Source: Tubiluchus corallicola
Lineage: Eukaryota > Animalia > Priapulida
Length of the DNA stretch: 64,000 bases
Direction of reading: 5' to 3'
Assembly: GCA_030141605.1 (NCBI GenBank)
Contig: JAQGDQ010000073.1
Coordinates: 1 to 64,000, forward strand
Below are positions 23,201 through 35,200 of this stretch, one piece after another. Numbering within the stretch: the first letter of the stretch is position 1; each line of letters starts with the position of its first letter. Position numbers and translations under genes: made by a program. The notes under the pieces are model-generated. The model had not been told where the DNA came from. It did no database searches and saw nothing but the letters and a program-made list of their open reading frames with translations.

Positions 23201-26200
23201 AACAAAATCTTACAATGCTAAAGACTGCAATAAGAACCTAATGCTATCTACATCGAAAGTGAATGCTTGCAAAGTAATCCTCAGAAAATAAACACGTCAC
23301 TCAAATAAAAATTTTTGTTTTTAAAAAAATCAGGCCACCATGTAGCTAAACAACTCTTCTCCAATTACATGATAGAAGCACTAAAAATAAAATACTGATA
23401 AACTAACCTTGGTGAGTCATCTTCGATGTCTTCTGTAGGACTGAAAAGCCATGTATGAGGTAAAACTGCACAGATGTCCACTGACAATTCTGCAGGTGAT
23501 TCTGGTGATTTCAACACGTCTGGGGTCTCAGAAAGGGCAACAACTGGCATCAATGATCTTACCCCCTTTGTCAGCCTCCTAGGTGACAGATCAGGCAAAT
23601 CTGTTGCCATCTTCAGCTCATCAGAAGTGTCTGCATTCAGGGAACTGTCAATTGCATCAGCTCTTTTAACACTCAACACATCTGCTATAGCTCGACAAAA
23701 ATCTGTTTTCTGAAAGGTGGTGGTCACTATATTTTCATCTACCAAATCTAGTGAGAGATCAATTTCTTCTGAAGATGTTTTATTACGCTTTCTGATCACA
23801 TCAATGCTATCCCTTGTCCCCAAGTGTCTGACTGTTCCTGATTTTCTTACAATACTGCCTTCAGAATTAGATGATCCTGGAACTTCTTTGTCATTTTTAT
23901 CCATCGTGCTTGCTGGTTTTACATTATCTAATTTTGTCCCCATGACTCGAGCCCTTCGAGTAAGACCTCGGACAGTTCTGCGGCAACTTGAAAATGAAGC
24001 ATCTTTGGATTTTTTATTACTGTTGGTTTCTTTTTCACCAAAAATTGAAGCTGTACTTTCTGGAATTTCTTTCTTCCTTTTCTCTGAGAAATTGCTAGTG
24101 CTAGTTTTCTTTTGACTAAGAGATAAATCAGACCTCTCAAAAATGTCTCCAGTTTTCATAAAATGTATGGATGTTTGATCAACACCTTTGTGAGGCAGAA
24201 CATGCGTTACTTCGCACTCATTTTTGGCACTGGCTTGACTTGAACTTTTATGACGTGTCCTCAAAGATGGAGTAGGAGAAATTACACAACTTCTCGAATC
24301 TGGTGAGCTGGTGCAGCTTTGTTCCACTACTAGTTCGTTTTCAATATTAACATTCTCCAAACCAACTTTCAAAGATCTCTGGCTCTTGACTGGAATGCTA
24401 GCTCGATATTCATCAGTCACCATCACAATTTCGATGTCAGGCTGCTCACTTGCTAATTGCTTTGGAGGAAGTGGTTCTCTTTCTGCTGACCCTGAGTGGT
24501 TTAAAGTTTGACCTGTTGCAGAAGGTTCCTGCATGTTCACCAGTGCATCATTACTTGATGTTTCAGTTGAAGATAATGTTACAGTAGAGCTGCCACTTAC
24601 TGAATGATACAGTTTTTCATAATCACTGCCTTTTGATTTGTTACTAAATCCAATTGGACTTTCAGTAACTTGAGGCTGGCTTTTCTCAAGTTTACTGGTG
24701 TAATCTGTTTCTTCCTTTTTGATACTGGGAACCGTTTGAGCAGGCATAGTTGTTTGCAAATTTTTTTCTTGTACTGACACCATAGGATCCAAAGTAATTT
24801 TCATCTCATAATTTCTGGGCTCTTTCCTTTTTTGATCGGTTGACACAGAAGATGAACTTGAACTCAGTGCAGCCGGACATAGTTGCTCAGATGCCAGTAA
24901 AGCAAATTGATCCTTTAGTACAGCATCTGTGTGAACAGCAGCATTGTTTAAATTGCTGTTAGTAGGTGGTAATACTGACAGCTGTCGATTTTGAATGTTA
25001 GACACACTAGGAACAACATAACCTACTGTATTGGAATTAGATGGCACAACTTCCTTAATATGAAAGCCAGACTCCCGCTTCAAGCTCTGTTCTTGCACCG
25101 CAGTGTTGTGTAGCTGCTTAACGCGACTAATTTCATTGGTCAACAAAGTGGGATCACTTTCGATATCACGTTGTTTTTTAAAACGACTAGGATGGAAAGA
25201 AGATTTCTGCATAAAATTTAGGAATGGAATAACATTTCTCATTGGTTGACACAGAGTACTTGTAAAACTGGTAGTATTTTTGGTAGAAGAAATTGCTTTT
25301 GTACCCTCAAGGTGATTCTGTGAAGAGCTTAAATCATCACTTTGATAAAGAGTTGATTTACTCGTTTCACAAGGTTGACTTTGCTCACAATGCGCCAAGG
25401 AAGTTTCTTTCCGCTTTTCGACATCAGGAAAAACAACTTGTGGTTCTGCTAGAGAACATTCTGCTTTCACCTTAGTACTTCCATCACTAGCTTGATTATC
25501 AGTAACATGTTGATGTCCATCACACAACTTTATTCCAAAGTCATCCAATGCAATTTTCACCTCATCATCTCTGGGCTCTTTCTTTCCTCGCTCATTTGAT
25601 ATAACATTACGAATGGAAGCAGAAGTCACTTCCGGATCATTAGTATTTCCATCACTAGTTTGACAATTAACTATATTAATATGTTGATTTGCATCACACT
25701 GCTGGTTTTCACAGTCATCTCGACGTTGAAAAATGCATTCAGTTACTTCTAAGCTGGTTTTAAATGGATGTAGCTCTGCCCTGCCTGGCTTTATAAGCAA
25801 CTCTTCTTCCGAGTTTACCTGCTGACTAGTAACTTTTTTAAACCTTCGTCTCAATGATTTTCTGTCTTTTCTTTTCACCTGCAAACACTCATCAGACGAA
25901 AGATGTTCACTGCCACTTAGTTCACTCATCATAGAGTTGCTGGCATTATGGCTATCCTTTCTATGTTTAAAAAGAATTGGAGCAGAATAGTCAGTACTTG
26001 GTGTACTTCTACTAGGTGATACGAAATCATCGGATGACGATGAAGCATTCATCTTTTTACTGGAAGATTGTGGCTGCTTGTCTAAAAGCTTTTCTGACAT
26101 CTTCAGAGATGTGTCTGTCATTCTGGAATCATGTGAAGTATTTAACTTTGTTTCAATGTCAGTAATTGCTTCTGAATTAGTCTCCTTCAATAATATTTCA

Positions 26201-29200
26201 GCCTTTAAATTTCTGGACTGCTGTTCCATGATATCACCAATCTTTTGCACTTCTTCACACACTGTCTTTAAAGATGCTCCTTCTTTGCCAACATTTTTCT
26301 TTGCCATTTTGCCACTAACTTTGCTTACACATTCCTGTTTCACATCGAACTTCGTGTTGAAATTACTGTTAATACTTCCAGAAGGAAAATGAGCAACACT
26401 ATCTGCAATAATGTCTTCTACTTCCACAGAAGCTCTGCCACAACCTTCTTTAATCTGATTGTCATAAGGAGTCAATTTTTCCTTAGGAATCTCTAATAAA
26501 GTATCATGTGTCCCAGTTATGGATGAAGGACTAGAATCTTGTGGACTCTGTAAGCTACGACATATGGTTCGTTCTTCCACATCTTTTGCATACATTTCAT
26601 CAATGTGTGCCACAACTTCACTTACAAAGTGAAGGTGATTTTCACAAGTGAGATCAGAAACAGGTAGCTGCCTTTTTGTAAGTTCAAAGTCAGTGTCACT
26701 TAAATGACATTTGTTTTGTACCCGTTGTACGGATGGTGCAATAACATCATCACTTGTTCCAGATGATTGGTCTTTCTTTTCTTTATCCAAAATTGCCGAA
26801 TCTACCAGACAGCTCTCTTGCATACCCGGCAATGATGCATCACAATCAGCATGAGAAATATTTTCAATGAGACGTAATCTACATTTTCCATATCCTTTAC
26901 CACTAGCAGATGTCATCAAATTTCTATTAGCATCCACATTAAGTTCTTCACTAAAATTGACCCTTTCCATCTCTTTATTATTGGCCAAAGCAGCATTTTT
27001 CTTTCCACTCACATTGTTAATGCCAGCATCATTCAGTTGTTCAACTGAAATCAAATCTGCTGTCTGATGCCAAGATTTTAGTGTTTCATTTTCTGCACGT
27101 CCAGTTTTCCCTTCAGCCGCAACTCCTTCAACTGACGATAAGGCATTCATTTCTTTACCCGAAGATTGCGTATGTTTCTCTGCAAATTTATTTGGGGTAC
27201 AACATTTGAGCACTACTGAAGGACGCACTTCTTCTGCCTGTTTGACAATGCTGTTTGACGCATCTTCGACTGCAGTCGTGCAGAAAGATTCAGTATCTAT
27301 GTCAATACATATATCAGATTCTACATCATTTTCCTCACCAGAAGTCAAGCTACCTACCGCCTTAACATCTTTCACATTTTTCTTTGTTTCAACAGAAATT
27401 TCTAAGTACTTGCTTTTTACGTGAAATTCTTTGGCCATTTCATCGGTATTTAGCCACTCACCACGTTTGTGTGGCATATCTACAGCCCCAAGATCTTGTA
27501 AAGTTACTTTGTGTGTAGAAAGATGGCGTTTCCGCTTAGATCTTTTTGTTACACTGTAAGTTCGTATGTTTTTAAAGCAGCTGTCTTCACAATGACTGTC
27601 AAGTTTCTTTACAGCAATCTTGTCGTCAACAGTTTCTGCATTTACATCAGAAACAGGTAGCAAAGAATGATCTTTATTTTCAACATCTTTGTCTTTTTCT
27701 GCACGATAATAGTGCTGTACAATACAATTTTCACTATGAGAATCATTGTCATTATTACTGTCACTTTCTGCACATTCTTTAGCATTTGGCTCGGATGACT
27801 CATCTTTATTATCTGTTTTCTTGAACGAAATCTCGTTATTCAAACATTCACCACCAGAAACACCAGACTGCTCACTGACAACATGATTAGGTTTGGTGCA
27901 GACTGAAAGACTGTCATGGTCATTACTGTATGTTTTTTGGCCATCCGTCAAATCAATGATATTATCATCATCGTTGTCACTATCATCATCTTCCTCGGAA
28001 CTTGTTTGTTCTTCAGAATATTGCCCAGTTTTATTTTTATTTCTTGTTGATCTTCTAGTTGGGATTTTCTTGTAGGAAGATCTCTTCTTGCACTTTTTTG
28101 AAAAACTGCTATTGGTTGAAGATTTTGTCTCTCTTTTTAAAGGAGATTTTTGACTAAGTGGAAATGCATAAGGATCTTCTTCAATATCATCAACTATAGT
28201 TGTGACAATTGTGGGTGTGACTTTAGGAGTGACTTTTCTATTTTTCTTTTTTCGACTGTTTTTCACTATTTTTCTTTTTCGACTTTTCCTCACAGGTCCC
28301 AGACTATAATTGTAAATTTCCAATCCACGATTTGCTTTTGGGAAACCGTTGCCTTTAACTTCATTATCCAATTGTGATACAATCATTGCATCTGCACTAT
28401 CAGTGGAACTATTGGCATTTTTCTTCAGTTGACATGCATCATCTGGAGTTGCTGGAACAGCTGTGGTTTTCTTGTCATTTATTGCTTCCTTTTTTGCCAA
28501 AGAATATTTAGCAACTTGTTTTTCTGCAGTAGTGTGTGTAATTACTTCAACAGGTTTAACTGTTTCTGATTCTGCAGACAGGCATTCAGTCGCTTTCTTG
28601 TTTGTAGCAAGATTTCTAGTGGCTTTCTTGCCTACAGTAGGATATTTAATAATGACTTCCTTCTTTGCAAAAGAACATTTAGTTGCTTGTTTTTCCATGT
28701 AAAGGCATTTACTTATTTCATCTGCTGTAGGACTTGCGTCAGTATTGTTTGAATCTGTTGCAGAATTGCTGCGATGAACATCTACTGCAACTAACAGTTT
28801 CTTGGGTGAAGAGACTGAGATATCATCAGGCAATTTATGGCTGGCACTTACAACACAGGAAGAAGCATCTTCATTGGAAACAGCATTAAATTCTGACCCA
28901 TTCGAGGAGTTTTGAATCGTGAATTGGGCTGGACAACCACTATTTGAAGATGTCATGTGAATTGTTTTGTCATCATGTGCCACGCATCCTTTAGCTCTTA
29001 CAGTAAATGTGCTACTATTTTCTACCACTGCCTTTTTTGTGCTCACATTATTTATTGTAATATTGTCTCTCAGAGAAAACCTCACAGTTTTAGTTTTTGC
29101 TTTGGTAGCTTTTACTTTCTTATCCTCAGGGCCTCGTTTCTCTACTGTAGCCTGTAGAGCCTTCTGTACCACATTAGACTTTTCTTGGACAATTTGGCTT

Positions 29201-32200
29201 GCCACTGGCAAGCTGAAATTTTCTGCATCGGAAATTTCATTTATTAGCTGTTTCAGTTCTTCTGGTGTTGTCACCCTTTCTTCTTCCTGTTTCTTGTGAA
29301 CCACCAAAGAGTATGCACGGTGTTTTTTTCGTGTGAGACCCAAAGACGACCTTCGGTTAAGATGTTTCTTCATGGTTTCAGGTGTTCTCTGACTCAGAGG
29401 CATTTTATGTAAACCATTATCTTCTGGTAGGTCTCCATAAGCAGAATACTTAGTCTCCAAAGAATTGATGGGGCCAATTGCTTTTTCTTTGTCAAATTCA
29501 ATCCTTTCATTATCAGTGGATTCATGTAAGTCAGTTTGATCTCCATTTCCTAGCAAAACAGCTTCCACTTGTAATGTACATCTTGTTTCCGTATCACTAC
29601 CAAGTTTGTACTTATTTTTCTTGTCTGCAGGATGCAGAGTTTTTAAACTAGGTTTTGTGTTTGGTAAAGAATCTACAGTTTTGTTATGACTGCCAGGTAA
29701 CAAGGTTTCGAGTTTCTTCTCGAGTGCCGTTAACTTGTCGTTTGCGGAATCACTACTCTCAGCTGCTTGTTTCGAGACTCTTACGGGCTCTTCATTCACC
29801 CGACATGCATTGTCAATTTCAGTCAAAAAGTCGTTACAGGTATTATGTTCTAGCACAGATGCACACTGAACCCTATTTTCTAAAATAAAAAAAATCAACA
29901 ACACATTATTAAATACACCTGAAATAAATCTACCTATCAACGTGTTAGGTGCAATTGTAACATATTACTGGATCATTTTACAGTTGTGCTTCTGATGTGA
30001 AATAAACGCCAACCGTTGCACCGCACATGGGTGTTTGGGAAGTGCCACAGAACCACAAGTGACAAAAGCTGCCAATGGGAGTAGGTATTACAGATGTACA
30101 GTTTAAAAGCACAATTTAGAGGTCAAACACAAGTAAGATAAAACATATACTAAAACACAAATTATCATCATCAAAATTACCATTACTGTGAAATAAAATA
30201 TGATAGAACAGGCAGTAATATATTAAATTATTTTTCCATAACCTAAGCATGACACCTTTTGAAGAACAGCAACAAATACTAGAGGTGTTGAGTTCCTACC
30301 TTTGTTTTCTTGCAAACGCCGTGCAACCGGTGCTTTACTTCTCGTTATGGACGACACACAATTTGCTGCATTTTTTCCTGGATGACTGGGTGACCGTTTG
30401 CCACGTACTGACTTTTTTCTTGCAGCTTTCGGAAAACCAGAATGGACATTCGTGTTTGTTGAAATTAATAATCGTTGGTCGGTCTGCTCTTCCACATCTA
30501 AATATAATGATTAAGTTTAATTAAACCGTCTAATTAATTAGTAAGTCATTTGATGTAGGCAGGTATGAACCCCGAACAGACATGGGGCTTCTCATGCAGG
30601 AATGAATATGCTAGAATGTAAGATTTTAATCAGTTACACCGAAAGGCAATAAAAAAGCAAATATAATAATAACGGATCTGCAAACAAATCATCTAAATAA
30701 GTAAAATAATAATGTTAGCATACATGTTCCGAAACAAATGCAAAAAGAAAAGTGGTATTGCTTACTGAATGGTTCTACATGAAGGGACTATTAAAACATT
30801 ATAAATGTATAGCAATTATTATCGGACGATCAACTCAGCTAGATGAAATCAACCAAACTCAAAGGATGACATGACATTAAAAAAAAAGAAAAAACACAGA
30901 GCAAAAATACAGTGAAATTGGGGGGGGGGGACAAATTTCAAAATCTAAGCAGTTGATGAGTGTGTCGAGAATCCAAATGGTTAACTTTCCAAGTAATGAA
31001 CAGAATGGGATAATAACAACAATATATGTGAGAGGCAAAGTAATGAAGAATTTACCTGGATCAGCAAAGATAATTACGCCATTCTCTGCTTTCCTACGTT
31101 TTGCCTGTCTTAGATTCTTTCTATTCTTTCCAAAAATGAAAGATGAATCGTCCTAAAAATAAATGACATCTCAGAAGTTTTAAATCTGTACAATTGATTT
31201 AATAACTCTTTGACAAAGACTAAATAAATGACTAATACCACAGAATTCTATCCAGAAATTAGAAGTTCAGTAGAAAATACTGAATCTGTGCTTGGCGAAT
31301 TTTTATTAGCTCCATGTGTAAAATAACTGTGCCAAGTGGAGAGCTTTCTCGGAGTTCGCAATGCTAAAGAACAATCACCTTCAGTAGATCAGCAATAACC
31401 TTTTGAGGGATTCTACTCGTGGTGTGAGACAACAAAACTAATCTCAACCATGGAAATATATGGAAATAAATGATAACAGTGATCAAAATTTTCGATGGAG
31501 ACAAACAATTACTAAAAAATTAATTTCTCAAGAACCGTAACCTTACCAGAATACTTGCTTAGAAAGTAATGCTACAAGTGCTATCAAATTTGTACTATAT
31601 GAAATATCTAATGTACTTACACTATCTAATTCTTCAACTCTTCTTTTCTGTGAAAACTTTGTTGGTTTGTTGGAGTGATCTTTGGCATCACTATCAAATG
31701 TATTTAACAGATTTTGATAAACCAGTAAAACATCTTGAAGGTCGCTGTTACTCAGACTTCTAAATTGCAATCGCAAAAAAACACAGTTAACAATCAGTTT
31801 TGTAAAAACAGACAAAAAACTCAGATGCATAAGTGTTGTCCACTGAAGATCCATGAGATCCATTAAATCACACTACCTTGTGGCTTAATTTCAAATAAAA
31901 ATATCTAATGCTTACTTATCAAAGCACCTTTGACGAAAGTATCATTAAGATACAATAAACATAATACAATATTACATAACATAATATAACATGTACATTA
32001 TAATATAATATAAGGACATTGACAACACAGTGGTAAATGGCCAAGCATTATTTTTATATTAGACCTAATTATGACAGAAAAACAATTGTGTCTAATAGGA
32101 TATAGAGAGATTTGAGACTTTAAAAATGATGCTTCACACCTATCTATCAAGCATGGGTAAATGAGGTAAAAATGGTGTAATGGAGTGTTATGAAGAATTT

Positions 32201-35200
32201 ATTATTTCCAGCACGTAAATGACAACTAGTTCAGAGCACATGTACAACAAGAAATCATATGTGTAATATCCCGTGGCGGGCAATACTTCTGACTTCAAGT
32301 AATCGCGATTACCGATTACTGTCAGTCAGTAACCGTTACTGAGATCACGCAGCAGTAATTGACCCAGCAGGGACGTATATAGAGATCTGTGCTCCCGGCA
32401 CCCAGAAATGCAATGAATAAACACTCGTCTTTAGCGAACTTGCCCATAACAATCAGCAGTTTATACTTTGGTTTCTATAGGCCTTGCTTATAATAAACTA
32501 TGAGACTTTTAATATTTAAAATAGCATCTTTAAGCAGAGTTTTAAACCCATCCGTGTTTATAATTAATCATATTCATTCAGTGCAGCATGTTATGCTGCA
32601 ATTAGTGTTTTTAAAAAAGTAAAGATAATTAAATAAGTCCCGTGGTAATTATGTACGATTCAAATGTGTTATTAATTTTAGAGCAAAATGTACATGTACT
32701 TATAGACCAGAAAATGCCCTTTCAGCTGATGTAGTCTGACATCATTATTAATCTTTACTGTTCTATAATCGAGGGATACTGAGGGGAGTTCATTTTTTAC
32801 AATTTTCTGAAATTTATTTGACACAAAGTTCTGAAGTTACCTACATTAAATGCTTAACTGTGCCTGCAAATGATTTTTTGCTCCATTAGTAACATGCAAT
32901 TTGGTTATTGTGTGATTGAGTCACACAATATCATAGTTAGGTGTTTATCAAATGACACGCTGTCTCATAGAACAGCAGCAGCAAGGACAGGCTCAGTTTT
33001 TCATTGCCGAGGTAGAGAAGTGTGACCAGCAGAAAGGTACAGAGTCAGCGCTTTTGCCAGATCGCCTACAATGCCTGTACATGCATATTAAAGTTCAACT
33101 AAAGTCGCCATCAAAAGGTGGAACTATGCGAGATTTGTATTTGAGAGTGTTTAGTGTTCACGTCCGCAATTTCTCCGTCCAAATTTTTCCTTTTTTGTAT
33201 TTCAAAATTTATTATAAAATCTTAGACACAAAAGTAATCGATTACTTAGGAAAGTAATTGATACTAAAGACTCGCGGGTAAGTAATCGAAGTAAACGATT
33301 ATGCCCACCACTAATGTGCAATAATACACTTGTTCACCTTTTTGTTATGTCTCTGTAGCAGATTGGGCAAGGAAGTACCCGTTTTTTTCTGTGATAAGAA
33401 AATGCATTCATGATGCAACATCTGCAAGAAAACAAGCACGATAAAACAGAACAGTTTACAGCAATCAAAATTAAATATGTAAATAAATTACTTGAGGACC
33501 AACAAGGTGATCACAGTGTGAGTGATCTTCATAATCAAAATTAAACAGTATTGAGCCAGGTCAGTAAGTAGATATGTGACTTTCAAGAAAACTACTTCTT
33601 TGTAGTTTTACCTATTATATTGATCCCAGGTATTTACCTCCTTGAAGAAGGATTCAAGTACACGAGAACCTGACTACTACATCTCTGACAGTTCAATGTC
33701 TTAGTGGATTATACATGATAATGAATCAGTTCTACCACAACTATCTGCATGCACATTAAATAGGTCTTGTTGTTGAGTGTTGGTCTCAATCCGCAGAGTG
33801 CTGAAGTGTATGTAACAGCTGAATAATGTAGAATGACATGTAAATGCAGTCATTAAAAAATAACACTACTACCACCACTGTTACTACTGCTAGTACTACC
33901 ACTACCACTACTACTGCTGCTGCTGCTGCTGCTACTACTACTATGATAAAAAGCCCAATCATACTACACACAGAATTATGCATTATAGTTTCTATGCAAA
34001 TCTCAGTGGGTGAAGAAAAGTACTGCATATACAATGTTCTCAATCTCTTGTTGCCGTGAGGATGACACCAATTATGTACCAAAGCACTACAATGTGTTTT
34101 CAATAATACTGTACTACAGCTTACGTTAGGTAATTTAATTAAATTGTCATTAATTAAGCATTCTACATTTATTCAGGTCTGTGTGCTGACTGCCAAACAC
34201 TTGCAATGCAAAAACACTAGCAAGTGACAAAGAAGAGTGTAAATTTAAGCAAGATAAGTCTATTTAGCCTATATCTATGCTCTTGAGAGCTGAAATTTCA
34301 TTTCAGGTTCAGTCCATGTACCCAGATAGTAAGAGTGGTCTCTTACGCTCAACCAGAGCCTTGTTATGTTTAGTAAAGCATTTGCTATGAATCGAATAAT
34401 TTTGTAAACAGTAAAGTTGTACCTGCAGAAATGGTGTTCACACTCTGTAGCAACTGGGTCCTTTATTATATCCAAACTGCAAAAAATGTAAATAAATTTT
34501 AGTAATAGACATTGAGAAAATGTGTGAAGCATATAAAATCTACTCTGTGAATCACTAAATTTACAGCTTACTGAATTGCAAAAACAACATTACAAATGAT
34601 TTAATCAGACTTATTAATGCAGCATATAACAATTTGTTCAAGGCTTTTATCTAGAAAACTGCAGGTGCTTGGAATCTGTAATCAACTTCATGCTTGGACA
34701 GAGAATTCATTAGCAACAGACCACAGAGTGAGGGTCGATGAGTCAGTATCGTAATGAGCATATGTCCTCAGTGGAATTCCACAAGGTAGTGTGTGGCATC
34801 CAGTGCTGTTGATATGTTATATCAATGACCTACTTGATGTTGTGAACTCACCATACAAATTATTTGTTCAAAACACAAAACTGTTTAGAAGCATGAGTGA
34901 TGCTCATTAGTGCCTGCAAGATGCAACAATAACCAGCTGGTAAAAAATGGCAACTAGAATTCAGTAAAAACAAATGGGGTAAAATACAGAATACCACATC
35001 TTGGTTTGGAGGTTGACGACAAACGTCTGGCAGTTGAATTTAAAAATCTGAACGTTGATTAATATTACATCATGCGAAAAGAAAAGCTAGCAACTACAGT
35101 GAAATATTGTCCTTACTTATTTGACAATACTGTAGCAAAAGTCCATGTTGTTCTGTCACATTTATGGTGATTTTAAATGGATTTCGTTAATGAGTCCAGA

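Noticed and set aside
18874-29888. Many plus-strand S/L/F-rich ORFs of 60-174 aa
   Set aside because: They are antisense shadows of the K/E/S-rich BRCA1 exons and have no domain signal.
18758-29940. Two independent giant genes (1349-aa and 2191-aa ORFs)
   Set aside because: Their hydrophobic 'N-termini' are translated polypyrimidine tracts. Splice sites join them in frame to the RING and BRCT exons of a single BRCA1 gene.
32952-33257. 101-aa ORF
   Set aside because: It lies inside a non-autonomous element and has no recognisable domain.
33786-34103. Poly-Ala/Val membrane peptide and poly-Thr ORFs
   Set aside because: These are translations of a trinucleotide microsatellite.
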